Shown: piece by piece, positions 36,650 through 46,534 of the stretch | Position numbering within the stretch: position 1 is the stretch's first letter | How the letters are laid out: the number at the start of each line of letters is the position of its first letter | IMG/VR virus record: IMGVR_UViG_3300033074_000233 | Coordinates: 96,001 to 160,000 of that record | DNA: 64,000 nucleotides | DNA from: a virus | Lineage: Duplodnaviria; Caudoviricetes | Strand: one strand, 5' to 3' | Notes under the pieces: generated by a model | What the model was told of the DNA's origin: nothing | The model's database searches: none | Seen by the model: only the letters and a program-made list of their open reading frames with translations | Program-made: the position numbers and the translations under genes

Positions 36650-36931
36650 GTGAAAATCAAAACCGATATACGCAACATACCCAACATCTGGTACATGGAA
36701 TGTCCTGATGAATCCGAACTCCTGTTGTCCGCAGCATACGACCTCAGTGAAAAAAGGCTGTTCCTGCTTTACGCTCCGAAGGCCGAGAAAGAAGAACAGT
36801 GGTTCCTGTACGAGGAAGTTCCGTCCAAGTGGTGGCGCGATTTTACGCTGGCCTCTGATAAAGACGCCTTCGTGAAAGAGACAAGAAAAAAGGATTTGGT
36901 GAACAAACATCGCGTCCACTTGCTAATTTAA
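36650..36931 (+). CDS. KTSC-domain-like protein
   Basis: SAAYD...LFLLY...YEEVP...FTLASDKDAF; start uncertain. Confidence 0.55.
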   Translation: MKIKTDIRNIPNIWYMECPDESELLLSAAYDLSEKRLFLLYAPKAEKEEQWFLYEEVPSKWWRDFTLASDKDAFVKETRKKDLVNKHRVHLLI

Positions 36932-36951
36932 TAACAGGAGGTAATTCGCCC

Positions 36952-37200
36952 GTGTACAAACATAATAAAGAAGTGCTCTTTATTGAGCGTGAAGAAATGG
37001 TGAAGCATTCCTTCTTCGATCCGTTCTTTCGGGATAATCCCATGAGTCTTCCCGAAGACGTGGTGCGTATCGAAAAGGTCAAGCCGCAAACCATACCAAC
37101 GAAGTACATGATCCAACTCGGTGGCGTAGCGGCTTCCATGAGCAAGGTCATTTATCTGGTTGAGTTCAAGTGTAAGAAAGCCAGAGACTCACGTTTCTAA
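36952..37200 (+). CDS. Hypothetical protein
   Basis: AGGAGG RBS, GTG start. Confidence 0.5.
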   Translation: MYKHNKEVLFIEREEMVKHSFFDPFFRDNPMSLPEDVVRIEKVKPQTIPTKYMIQLGGVAASMSKVIYLVEFKCKKARDSRF

Positions 37201-37221
37201 CTCCAACGTAAGGTGATTACC

Positions 37222-39171
37222 ATGGCCATTGTATTTCGCAAGGCTGAAAAGAGACCAAGCATGACCGAGCGCTTGGCTCTTGTTGACATGATTAAGCAAC
37301 TCCTCAAGGCTGACAAGGCCTATTACAACGGCGACAAGCCAATCATGTCGGACGCGGCCTATGATGCACTACGCGAGCGTGCCTACAAAGCACACAAAGA
37401 CACCAACAACCGCAAGGAAATGCACAAGGGCAAGATTGACGCCAACGCCTACTTCAAACGGGTTGGTGCTCCTGTTCGTGCTTCCAAGCGTAGTGCGAAA
37501 CTGCCTGTGCAACTCGGTTCGCTCAAGAAGGTCAAGTCGGATGACGCCAAGGCCTTGAACCGTTTCTTTGCGAATGCAAGCGCGGCTGCGATTGATCATG
37601 GACGTTACTGTGCCTCTTTGGGCAAAGATTATGCTGGCGTTGCCTCAATCTGGCTACGTGGAGGTGTTACGGTTCTCACGTCGCCGAAACTTGACGGCCT
37701 GACCTTGCTGTTGCATTACCACAAAGGCACGTTGACCAACGCTTTCACTCGTGGCGACGGCGAGAACGCCCAGTCGAAGATGGAACACGCATTGGCCCTA
37801 GTGGCCCTTGGTCGTATTCCGATGACGCTGCCCAAGTCTGCGTTTCACAAGTTTGCTAAGGCTGACTTGTATACGAAAGGTGAGGTCGTCTGTCGTTTGA
37901 AGGCCTTCAAGGCAAAGTGGCAGGGCAAAGGCTATACCAATGCGCGTAACGCGGCAGCGGGCTGGTTGAACAGCGACAAAGCCAAGCATCCGATTCACAA
38001 CGCAATCGACTTCATTGCCTACGACGTATTCACCACTACAGGTGAACTGGGTATTGAAGATGAGCCGCCCTCCACCAACGCAGGTCCTGCAGCGGACAAG
38101 CATCACACGCTGACCTGCCTTAAGAAGGCTGGCTTCAAGACTTACCTGAGCAGCGGTTTCTTTTCTGTCGACCACTTTCCTAGTGGTGCGCCTAGTGCTA
38201 ATTGGAAGGCTATTTTGGAGGAGAAACTTCTTCACCTTAACGACTCACCTTACCAACTTGACGGTCTGGTCATTGAGGTAAACAACAATTACATTCGGGG
38301 CAAGATGGGATCGAAAGACGGTCGCCCGAAGTTTGCTATCGCCTACAAGACCAGTGCAGACGATCTGGAGAACAACGAAGGCGCTGACTCCGAGATCACC
38401 AAGATCGAATACAACACCAGCAAGGTTGGTGCGCTCAAGCCGATGATTCATTACAAGCCTGTGCGTGTGATGGACTCCACTCTGGCTAAGGCGACAGGCA
38501 ACAACGTGTCGTACTTGATCCGTGAAGGTCTGGGCGTAGGCGCAAAAGTTCGTGTAGTGAAAGCCGGTGGCATCATTCCCAAGGTCCACTTGATCGGCCC
38601 GAAGATGAAAGCCGACAAGATCGTTCCTACGCACTGTGAGTGTGGTGCACCTGCTGTGCCTGTAAAGAAAGGCAGCAAGATGATGCCCGACTACTACTGC
38701 TCGAAACCGAGTAAATGTAAAGTGATTCAGCGCGAACTGTTAGGCGCGTCGATCAAGCAACTGGGTATCGTCGGCCTCGCGGGAAAGACCATCGACAAGT
38801 TGTTTGACGCCGGCTTCACCAGTCTCACAAGTTTGCTGTCGGCTGACGCCAAGAAGATTGCGAAGATTCCAGGCTTCGGTCAAGCAATGGTTACCGCAAT
38901 CAAGGTTGCGCTGCCTGCTGCCTTAAAGAAGTGCTCTACTTACGAGGTAATGGATATGTCTGGCGTGTTCATGCAGCCTGGCCTGTCCCTGGGGACTTCG
39001 TCCTTGGTGAAGTTGGAGAAGGTCATTGGAAAGAACATGACCATTACTCCAAAGGATAAGAAACGAATAGTTAAAGCAATTGGTCCTGCTAAGGGCCAGT
39101 TGTTCATTGACAAGTACCCAGAGTGGTGTGAGTACAAGTCCAAACTGATTAGCAAAATACCTTTAAGGTAG
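37222..39171 (+). CDS. ligA: NAD-dependent DNA ligase
   Basis: YYNGDKPIMSDAAYD, KLDG, TRGDG, NARNAAAG, DGLVI, AIAYK, AGGIIP, zinc finger, HhH. Confidence 0.9.
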   Translation: MAIVFRKAEKRPSMTERLALVDMIKQLLKADKAYYNGDKPIMSDAAYDALRERAYKAHKDTNNRKEMHKGKIDANAYFKRVGAPVRASKRSAKLPVQLGSLKKVKSDDAKALNRFFANASAAAIDHGRYCASLGKDYAGVASIWLRGGVTVLTSPKLDGLTLLLHYHKGTLTNAFTRGDGENAQSKMEHALALVALGRIPMTLPKSAFHKFAKADLYTKGEVVCRLKAFKAKWQGKGYTNARNAAAGWLNSDKAKHPIHNAIDFIAYDVFTTTGELGIEDEPPSTNAGPAADKHHTLTCLKKAGFKTYLSSGFFSVDHFPSGAPSANWKAILEEKLLHLNDSPYQLDGLVIEVNNNYIRGKMGSKDGRPKFAIAYKTSADDLENNEGADSEITKIEYNTSKVGALKPMIHYKPVRVMDSTLAKATGNNVSYLIREGLGVGAKVRVVKAGGIIPKVHLIGPKMKADKIVPTHCECGAPAVPVKKGSKMMPDYYCSKPSKCKVIQRELLGASIKQLGIVGLAGKTIDKLFDAGFTSLTSLLSADAKKIAKIPGFGQAMVTAIKVALPAALKKCSTYEVMDMSGVFMQPGLSLGTSSLVKLEKVIGKNMTITPKDKKRIVKAIGPAKGQLFIDKYPEWCEYKSKLISKIPLR

Positions 39172-39200
39172 TGTAAAGTACCGCGAACAGGACCAACCAC

Positions 39201-39788
39201 ATGCAGTACCTGAGGCGGAGTGTAGCATTCTTCTTTGCGCTACAACAACTAAAACTGGACTTAGCCTCGATCTCGGTCGAACAGTACCAGGAGATTTTCA
39301 GTAGCCTGTTGTCCAATGATCCAGGTCTACAGGTCTTACTTACCAAGACGGTAAAGGCCAAGAACATGCTGATGCCATTCTTACGCTATAGAGAGACCAG
39401 CGTAAGGATGGTATCGGACACGGACAACGTCCTGCTAAAGCATCCTCTATACAAGTGGACGCTGACGCAAAGCATGTTGGTCTACATTCAGGACATAATG
39501 AAGATCACCGATGGCTATGCACGCCAAGAGTGGACTCAGGAAATGCGTGAGGATGAAATCCATTTCATGTTCTCACTCCTATCACTCGTTAATTTCTACA
39601 GGGAGAGTCTAGCCAATAAAAAATGTTTCGATCACTTTAGTTCCAACTCGATAGAGGACGAAGCGTTCCTTATATTGAGGGAATACGGAGACGACTTCGG
39701 TATGGACTCCGTGTATTACTTCTACCAACTTGCGTTCTCACCTTTGCCTGAGAAAACCAATAAAAAAGTAAAGAGGCCAAAAAAATGA
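39201..39788 (+). CDS. Hypothetical protein
   Basis: AGGA RBS, 195 aa. Confidence 0.55.
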   Translation: MQYLRRSVAFFFALQQLKLDLASISVEQYQEIFSSLLSNDPGLQVLLTKTVKAKNMLMPFLRYRETSVRMVSDTDNVLLKHPLYKWTLTQSMLVYIQDIMKITDGYARQEWTQEMREDEIHFMFSLLSLVNFYRESLANKKCFDHFSSNSIEDEAFLILREYGDDFGMDSVYYFYQLAFSPLPEKTNKKVKRPKK

Positions 39789-40084
39789 TGATCTTCCTCG
39801 CAATAGTTGCAGTTGTTTTCGCAGTTACCTCGGCCGTTCTCGCTTACCGTCTAGGCAAGTCGGAATCGAGGCTCAAGACAAAGACTGAGTATGCTGGAGA
39901 ACTTGAGGAGAAAGTTGCAGACCGCGACGAAAAACTCAAGGAATCTCAGTTCCGCGAGTCTATTCTCGTGGCGAAGTTGGAACAGATAGACAAGGTACTC
40001 ACGGCTACTGGTGCCTCGTTTATCCGTAAGCAAGTTGAACCCTTCCTTTTGCGCGTTGTTGGAGAGAAAAATGGCTCGCGGTAA
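39785..40084 (+). CDS. Membrane-anchored coiled-coil protein
   Basis: N-terminal TM helix. Confidence 0.55.
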   Translation: MMIFLAIVAVVFAVTSAVLAYRLGKSESRLKTKTEYAGELEEKVADRDEKLKESQFRESILVAKLEQIDKVLTATGASFIRKQVEPFLLRVVGEKNGSR

Positions 40085-40700
40085 GTTCATCGTAATTGAA
40101 GGATGTGATGGCAGTGGCAAGTCAACCCTAGCAAGGGCTCTTGTGGAAGAACTGAATAACCAACAGCGTGGTACGATGTTACTGCGTGAACCTGGTGGCT
40201 GTCACCGTAGCGAGTCTATTCGTAACCTCGCATTATCGAACGACATGATGGGCGCAAACGCCAATGCCCGTATGCTCCTGATGTTTGCTGCGCGCATTCA
40301 ACTGTGCAAGGAAACCATCGAGCCTGCCCTGGAACAAGGCCTCAACGTGGTATGCGACCGTTACTACATCAGCACTGGTGTGTATCAGGTAATCGGTGAA
40401 GGTGCCAGTAGCGATCTGTTTGAGTCTCTGATTCAGCACGTTACAGTACCCGACCAGATTTACCTGCTCAAGGCTACGTTCGAGACCTCGTACACGCGAA
40501 CTCTTGATCGTGACCAGAAGGACCGCAACGGCTATGACGACATTTCGCTTGGCCGTAAAAAGAAACTTTGGTCTGCATACGATGACATGGATAAGTTCGA
40601 CCTGGAATACAACTCCATGGGCGGAACCACTGGCATCCTGCTGGATTCTGAAACGAAAGGCTCATCCGCACTCGTAGCGGAAATACTTACTACCCTCTGA
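40071..40700 (+). CDS. tmk: Thymidylate (dNMP) kinase
   Basis: IVIEGCDGSGKST, REPGG, CDRY. Confidence 0.9.
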   Translation: MARGKFIVIEGCDGSGKSTLARALVEELNNQQRGTMLLREPGGCHRSESIRNLALSNDMMGANANARMLLMFAARIQLCKETIEPALEQGLNVVCDRYYISTGVYQVIGEGASSDLFESLIQHVTVPDQIYLLKATFETSYTRTLDRDQKDRNGYDDISLGRKKKLWSAYDDMDKFDLEYNSMGGTTGILLDSETKGSSALVAEILTTL

Positions 40701-40721
40701 GGTAATTAAAGGACTTGAACG

Positions 40722-41006
40722 ATGACAACAAACACAATGACCCGCAATTACGATCCAATCGAAAGACCGAAAGACCCCGTTGACCTTAGCAAGGAACACG
40801 TTGAGCGTGAAGTCCACGATCAGATACAACGTATTCAGGCTCAGGCCAAGAAGGTAGATGCAACCGCAAAAGGTGAGTGCCTTAACTGCGGAAAGGTATT
40901 CAAGGAGGAAGACAGACGCCGTTGGTGCAACAATGTCTGTCGTGATGAATGGCAAGAAGTCATGGACCACAGTAAGAAAAACGCAGGAAAGACGAGGCGT
41001 AGGTAA
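40722..41006 (+). CDS. DksA/TraR-like C4 zinc-finger protein
   Basis: DPVD helix; CLNC...RRWCNNVCRDEW. Confidence 0.55.
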   Translation: MTTNTMTRNYDPIERPKDPVDLSKEHVEREVHDQIQRIQAQAKKVDATAKGECLNCGKVFKEEDRRRWCNNVCRDEWQEVMDHSKKNAGKTRRR

Positions 41007-41009
41007 CGC

Positions 41010-41333
41010 ATGAAGACCCGCGAAATTTCACCGGCCCGAAAGGGCGGCCTTATGTATCTGGACATATACTTCGTTGAGGAACTTCTAAGGTCCCTTAACA
41101 AGACTATTCCAGAGTCGGTCCTGAAAAGGGAAAAGAAACTCGCGGGTCTCATCGAAAGTTTGCAGATTTGTGTGAACACTCACCGAGAAGACATACGCAC
41201 AGGTCGCGGTATTGTTATCGGCAGAGACATACAGGAAGTAAGATACATAAGAGACCCAGCACAGAATCAACCTACCAAGCCTATCAAACCTACAAAGAAG
41301 GCTAAGGCCAAGACAAAATCTAAAAGAAGGTAA
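41010..41333 (+). CDS. Hypothetical protein
   Basis: ORF in the operon. Confidence 0.5.
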   Translation: MKTREISPARKGGLMYLDIYFVEELLRSLNKTIPESVLKREKKLAGLIESLQICVNTHREDIRTGRGIVIGRDIQEVRYIRDPAQNQPTKPIKPTKKAKAKTKSKRR

Positions 41334-41335
41334 CC

Positions 41336-41737
41336 ATGAAAATTTTCATCGCGGTTCCTTACACAGGAACAAAAGAACAGCAGGAAGAACGCTTCAACTT
41401 GGTGAGGACTCATGCACTTACGCTTGCACGTATGGGCCACTATCCTGTTTCACCTGTTTTTACTTTTCATCCTCTGGTAGACGAACTACCTGAGGTACCG
41501 TATGAGTTCTGGATTGAACTCAGCAAGGAATATCTCGATGGATGCAATACTATCCACGTGATAAAGGCTGAGGGCTGGAAGAAGTCAACAGGTGTTCATC
41601 ACGAACTGGTCAGGTCGTTGACACTTGACATACCTGTGTTCCTTGTTCCAGAAGACCACGTTGACAAGCCTGTTCTTGCCAGAGACTATACCCAGCCGCT
41701 TGACGTGCGGGCTTTTCTGGCTGACTCGCTGGAATAA
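41336..41737 (+). CDS. DUF1937/DUF4406-like (nucleoside deoxyribosyltransferase-fold) protein
   Basis: IFIAVPYT...SP...H...GWKKSTGVHHE. Confidence 0.65.
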   Translation: MKIFIAVPYTGTKEQQEERFNLVRTHALTLARMGHYPVSPVFTFHPLVDELPEVPYEFWIELSKEYLDGCNTIHVIKAEGWKKSTGVHHELVRSLTLDIPVFLVPEDHVDKPVLARDYTQPLDVRAFLADSLE

Positions 41738-41743
41738 TTTTCA

Positions 41744-41820
41744 GGGCCTGTAGTTCAGTTGGTTAGAACAGCGGACTCATAATCCGTTGGTCCTCGGTTC
41801 AAGTCCGAGCAGGCCCACCA
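41744..41820 (+). tRNA. tRNA with CAT anticodon (Ile2 or Met)
   Basis: Full cloverleaf, GCGGA-CTCATAA-TCCGT, encoded CCA. Confidence 0.9.
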
Positions 41821-41838
41821 TTTCAACCACACCAAAGG

Positions 41839-42090
41839 ATGAGTATCGTGCTTATAGGTAGTATCGTGTTCTGGCTGTTTGCCTACGCCTTCACAGGCGG
41901 CTGTATGTACTCGATATACGCAAGGCTGGAACATGAGAACATTAAGCACCCTGTGTGGATTGTGTTTCTCGGTTTGTTTCTTGGCCCAGCGATTCTGCTT
42001 GGCCTCGCTCTGATAAGTATCTTCGCTATAGGCATGGGTATCTGTCAGACTATCATTGATGCGCTCTTTCCAGTGAAATCTGTAAAGTAG
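41839..42090 (+). CDS. Small membrane protein
   Basis: Two hydrophobic helices. Confidence 0.5.
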   Translation: MSIVLIGSIVFWLFAYAFTGGCMYSIYARLEHENIKHPVWIVFLGLFLGPAILLGLALISIFAIGMGICQTIIDALFPVKSVK

Positions 42091-42094
42091 TGTA

Positions 42095-42392
42095 TACAGG
42101 TTTGGGTGTTGTGTGGTCCATGAGTAGGCCTAGTGAGTTCCCAAAGACTCAAGGTACAATGCGAAGGGTGTGCCTGCCTACGAATAACTGTCGCGCCACG
42201 GGATGGTGATCCTTCGGTTCGCCCCGACTAGGCCCGTGAAGGAAGAAGTTTACTTGTGCTAGAAGCCTCGCGTGGGTGCGATGCTCGCCTGTACGGCCTT
42301 AGGGCTATTGGCGGAGGTCCGCGAAATAGGGTCATGTACCCGTGCATGAGTTAGCCTAAGCCTTTTGCTGACAGCCTGGAAAGACAGGCACC
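42095..42392 (+). ncRNA. Putative ~300-nt structured non-coding RNA
   Basis: ORF-free gap after a TCTGTAAAGT motif; nested long-range helices; terminal GCCTG-GAAAGA-CAGGC hairpin. Confidence 0.55.
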
Positions 42393-42413
42393 TAATTCAT
42401 CAGGAGTGAAAGA

Positions 42414-42977
42414 ATGTCGGCCATTTCCAAAAGTCCTATCTTTGCGCCTAACGTGACCCATGAAATCTGCATTGATATGGATGGTCCGACAGTGGACCTC
42501 GATGGGTACTTCGAGCGCCTGTTCGGCACGTCACTCTGGAACATGACAGTTGAGGAAAAGCATCGTCATTGGGACGAAATGTTTGAGCCGGAATGGTTCC
42601 TTGAAGCCCCAATGAAGCACGACTTTCCTGTACTGATAAAGTTCATCCTTGACAACTTTACGCACGTCCGTTTCCTTACTGCTCTGCCTCACCGTCGAAA
42701 GGATAAGGCTTGGCAAAGCATGGTAACCAAGATTGCGTGGATACACAGACACGTTGGTCACCGTATACCCGTGACGTTCGGTCCGTATGCTGAGGACAAG
42801 CAGAAACATTGCGGTGGTCCTACGTTTGTACTGATTGACGACAGAAAGATGAACATTGAACAATGGGGTGCTGCTGGCGGTATTGCTATCTACCACACTA
42901 GCGCACTTGAAACCATTGAGGCCTTAGCTCAGTATCTGAAAGTAATTGCAGAGCGTCAGCCTTTTGGTAGACGCTAA
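42414..42977 (+). CDS. 5'(3')-deoxyribonucleotidase-like HAD phosphatase
   Basis: IDMDG, FLTA, K...WI, LIDD...N...W...GG. Confidence 0.8.
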   Translation: MSAISKSPIFAPNVTHEICIDMDGPTVDLDGYFERLFGTSLWNMTVEEKHRHWDEMFEPEWFLEAPMKHDFPVLIKFILDNFTHVRFLTALPHRRKDKAWQSMVTKIAWIHRHVGHRIPVTFGPYAEDKQKHCGGPTFVLIDDRKMNIEQWGAAGGIAIYHTSALETIEALAQYLKVIAERQPFGRR

Positions 42978-42983
42978 AGTTTC

Positions 42984-43059
42984 GCTGGCATAACTCAGTC
43001 GGTAGAGTAACTGCCTTGTAAGCAGTAAGTCGCGGGTTCGATCCCTGCTGCCAGCACCA
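42984..43059 (+). tRNA. tRNA-Thr(UGU)
   Basis: Cloverleaf, ACTGC-CTTGTAA-GCAGT, CCA. Confidence 0.95.
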
Positions 43060-43080
43060 AATTCTCAGGAGAAATTTTCC

Positions 43081-43692
43081 GTGGAAAAAGAACTCGCTAT
43101 GCCAATGTTGATACCGGACGTAGAGCATGTTACGCCCGAGAAGACAGACAAGTTTTTTCTTCCAAAGATCAAGTCAAAACAGGCTAGGCAAAACGAAAAG
43201 CAATTACGTCCGGAAGTGAACACTCTCTTTAGTTACGGGGATGATCGCAACGGTGGCTACTTCATAACGCCGAAAGACGAATCCTATGTTGCTTACTTTG
43301 TCCAGTACAAACCTATCACCTATTCTAAACTCGGACTTAAAGCCTTAAGACAGGCCCTAGTCTGGCGGAAGACAAAGGGAGATATAGTAGCAACCTCCAT
43401 GCCACTGAGAGTTTTCTTTGAGATTCTGTTGCCGAAGTTTGGTCAAATTATTTCAGACTACGAACAGACAGAATTTGGTAGAGACTTCTGGCTACGCGCC
43501 GTAGACATGGCTTTCGAGAAAAACCTGTTCGTTTACGTTGTGAATCGAATCGGAAAAGACGGAGACAAACTTATACGTCTAGACTCTTTCTCTGACTTAG
43601 TAGATTTGAAAGACTTTCTGTGGGCACCGATAGAAAGAAACAAACGTGTCCTTTTGTTGATATCCAACAAGGAACTAAAAGAGGTTAAGTAA
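43081..43692 (+). CDS. Hypothetical protein
   Basis: AGGAG RBS; AT-rich. Confidence 0.55.
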   Translation: MEKELAMPMLIPDVEHVTPEKTDKFFLPKIKSKQARQNEKQLRPEVNTLFSYGDDRNGGYFITPKDESYVAYFVQYKPITYSKLGLKALRQALVWRKTKGDIVATSMPLRVFFEILLPKFGQIISDYEQTEFGRDFWLRAVDMAFEKNLFVYVVNRIGKDGDKLIRLDSFSDLVDLKDFLWAPIERNKRVLLLISNKELKEVK

Positions 43693-43751
43693 ATGAAAAC
43701 TCATAGTGAGGTAATTGCCATGATATAAACTGTCACTCTTCGGAGGCTTTT

Positions 43752-44114
43752 ATGTCACGCACGATTCGCAGGAAAGGTTTTAACTACAAAGGCAACCGTA
43801 ATTCGTTCGACCACGAGGCTGAAAAGGACCTTAAGCGTAGCGCACGGTGGGCCGAGTTTTGGGAGCAGCAAACTGGTCGTACTGTTGTCAAGTCTAATCG
43901 TCGTTGGGACAATCCCAACTGGTGTGAGTGGCGTTACCATGCTGACCGTGGCAAGTATCGTTCCATTCCTCACTGGTTCTGTGTTCTGCGGTACTACGCT
44001 CCTGAACGTGCTGCAATGCGCGCTGTCCTTCAAGGATTCAAGCGTTGCGAGGATTGGGAAGACGTAGACGTTCACACGGATATTCACACCGACCTCTGGA
44101 ACGACTGGTGCTGA
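43752..44114 (+). CDS. Hypothetical protein
   Basis: GGAGG RBS; MSRTIRRK start. Confidence 0.6.
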   Translation: MSRTIRRKGFNYKGNRNSFDHEAEKDLKRSARWAEFWEQQTGRTVVKSNRRWDNPNWCEWRYHADRGKYRSIPHWFCVLRYYAPERAAMRAVLQGFKRCEDWEDVDVHTDIHTDLWNDWC

Positions 44115-44267
44115 TAAGGAGGTGCCAATGAAACTTAGGAAACTTATCAAGATCAAGCGGCTACAGAAGCAGTACGTCGAAAGGAAGAAGAAGGAAACCC
44201 AGCAAGAGTTTGGCCCGGAAACACTGGAAGGGTACGGAGGCTGGCCTTACCCTTGGTAAACACACGT

Positions 44268-44344
44268 GCCCCGATAGCCCAACTGGTCGAGGCAAGGGAC
44301 TTAAACTCCCTCAAGTGCGGGTTCGAGTCCCGCTCGGGGTACCA
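44268..44344 (+). tRNA. tRNA-Leu(UAA), short variable loop
   Basis: AGGGA-CTTAAAC-TCCCT, T-arm GCGGG/CCCGC, CCA. Confidence 0.85.
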
Positions 44345-44723
44345 CTACGTGGAGTTAAACATGAACATGAAAATGCTAGTCTATATCCGATGATAGCCGC
44401 ATTCCTTTTAGAGCGTGAAAAACTTCACGCGGGAATGTGGCAGGAATGTGATATAGGGCTAAGTCTGCAAAACGCCGTCACCACATTGAACGGCTGAAAA
44501 AGAAGCGCAAGCACTACTGGGGCCGCGACTATCCACGTTCCACTATGGAGCCGTTGACGCCTAAGCAACTGAATCAGGTAGTAAGTTACCCGAAGTTGTG
44601 TGGGTGCTGGATGTGCAGTCGTAACAAGAAGAAAGTTTTTGGCGGTACGTTTTACCAGTATAAGCAGGATGCTATCTGCCGATTCGAGACAAGCACTGAT
44701 AACACTACGTTAGGAGAATAAGG

Positions 44724-44927
44724 ATGAATTTTTTCTCAGCCGAAAGGAAAGAGGCTGCTTGTTCCTGCTCGATCTGTGAACAATATCCTCAGTATCCTGC
44801 ACAGGAACCTATACACGTTAAAGCCAAAGACCCAAGCGGTCAAGAGGTTATGGTCGAACTGAAAGGTAAGACCGCTGAAAGATTTCGTGCCTTCATGGAC
44901 GAACTCAATCAGGAAAGCACAAGTTAA
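44724..44927 (+). CDS. Hypothetical protein
   Basis: AGGAG RBS. Confidence 0.5.
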   Translation: MNFFSAERKEAACSCSICEQYPQYPAQEPIHVKAKDPSGQEVMVELKGKTAERFRAFMDELNQESTS

Positions 44928-44932
44928 GTTTC

Positions 44933-45016
44933 GCGCCCGTGGCGGATCGGTAGACGCGCTGGGTTTAGGTCCCAGTGCCGCAAGGCGTGGGGGTTCGATT
45001 CCCTCCGGGCGCACCA
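44933..45016 (+). tRNA. tRNA-Leu(UAG)
   Basis: CTGGG-TTTAGGT-CCCAG, variable arm, CCA. Confidence 0.95.
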
Positions 45017-45039
45017 TTTCTTACGTTAGGTAATCAGCC

Positions 45040-45348
45040 ATGACGTTTCCTATTCCCGATGACCAACTTGAAGCCGAGGCGCGCAAACTGTTCAACCCTG
45101 AACTGATCTACGCTGTCACAGGTGCCCAAGGCAAGCAACTTGGCCTTGTGATAAAGGCTTTCACCAAGGCTTGGTTCACGCCTGAACACTTCAACCACTG
45201 GTGTGTTACAGTGGGTGAGGAACTGGTACATAGCACCTTCAAGGAGTGGTGGGCTAAGGAGTCGAAAGACCCGAACAGCGAACTTATGATCGGATTCAAC
45301 ATTCACGCCGAGAACATGCGAAAAGGAACTACGAAACATGACAATTAA
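45040..45348 (+). CDS. Hypothetical protein
   Basis: ORF coupled to rtcB. Confidence 0.5.
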   Translation: MTFPIPDDQLEAEARKLFNPELIYAVTGAQGKQLGLVIKAFTKAWFTPEHFNHWCVTVGEELVHSTFKEWWAKESKDPNSELMIGFNIHAENMRKGTTKHDN

Positions 45349-46531
45349 AACGACCTTTCAAGGACACGAGGTTCCTGTCTTTGCTTGGACGGAGGATATT
45401 GAATACTCCGCGATAGAACAGTTGCTGAACCTTAGCCGACTTCCTATCATGTTCAAGCACGTTGCTGCAATGCCTGACGTACACATGGGCGTAGGGGCCT
45501 CAGTAGGAACCGTCATTGCAACCAAAGGCGCTATCATTCCCTCGGCTGTTGGCGTAGACATTGGCTGTGGTATGATTGCAGCCAAGACAAACCTCAACGC
45601 GAGTGACTTACCTGACAATCTACACGCGCTGCGCCATAGCATTGAGCGTTCCATTCCACTAGGTGCAGGTGGTGCGAACTCTAAGGAGTCCGAAGACATT
45701 CGCAAGCCTTGGATGGCAAGCCTTGATGCCGACCACGAAATACTTATCGCTTTGCATCCTGAGTTGAAAACGAAGTACAATCCAAGACAGCAGTTGGGAA
45801 CGCTGGGCTCAGGCAACCACTTCATAGAGGTCTGCCTTGATACCAATGACTCCGTCTGGATAATGCTTCACTCAGGTTCGCGAGGTATCGGCAATCTTAT
45901 TGGCCGCGCTTTCATATCCAAAGCCAAGAAGTATGCTGAGGAGTTTGAGATTCACTTGCCTGATCGTGACCTTGCGTATCTGAATGACGGAACAAAGGAG
46001 TTCGCCGAGTATGTCTTTGCCTTGAACTTTGCTCAAAGGTTCGCAGAGATAAACCGTGAGGTGATGTTTAGTCGTGTTATAAAAGACCTTACTCACTTTA
46101 TGAAGCGTCCTGTAGAAATACTTGGGCACACGGTCAACTGCCATCACAACTACTCCACCATTGAGAATCACTTTGGTGAGGACGTATGGATCACCCGTAA
46201 GGGTGCGGTGAATGCAGCTAAAGGAACTTGGGGTATTATTCCTGGGTCTATGGGCACTAAGTCCTATATCGTTGAAGGCAAGGGTGAAGAAAACTCCTTC
46301 TGCTCTTGTTCGCATGGTGCAGGACGTAGAATGTCCAGAGGAGACGCAAAGCGCAAGTTTACCTTGCAGGATTTGATTGACCAGACCTCAGGTGTTGAAT
46401 GCCGAAAGGACGCTAATGTGATTGACGAAATCCCAGGTGCGTATAAAGACATTGACGTGGTAATGGAAAACCAATCTGACTTGGTAGACGTGCGCGCTGT
46501 TTTGCGTCAAGTCCTTTGTGTGAAAGGGTGA
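45338..46531 (+). CDS. rtcB: RtcB RNA ligase
   Basis: MPDVHMG, VGVDIGCG, GSGNHFIE, HSGSRG, HN, PGSMG, SHGAGR, YKD. Confidence 0.95.
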   Translation: MTIKTTFQGHEVPVFAWTEDIEYSAIEQLLNLSRLPIMFKHVAAMPDVHMGVGASVGTVIATKGAIIPSAVGVDIGCGMIAAKTNLNASDLPDNLHALRHSIERSIPLGAGGANSKESEDIRKPWMASLDADHEILIALHPELKTKYNPRQQLGTLGSGNHFIEVCLDTNDSVWIMLHSGSRGIGNLIGRAFISKAKKYAEEFEIHLPDRDLAYLNDGTKEFAEYVFALNFAQRFAEINREVMFSRVIKDLTHFMKRPVEILGHTVNCHHNYSTIENHFGEDVWITRKGAVNAAKGTWGIIPGSMGTKSYIVEGKGEENSFCSCSHGAGRRMSRGDAKRKFTLQDLIDQTSGVECRKDANVIDEIPGAYKDIDVVMENQSDLVDVRAVLRQVLCVKG

Positions 46532-46534
46532 AGC

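Noticed and set aside
44210-44497. 95-aa ORF
   Set aside because: Overlaps tRNA-Leu(UAA); likely spurious
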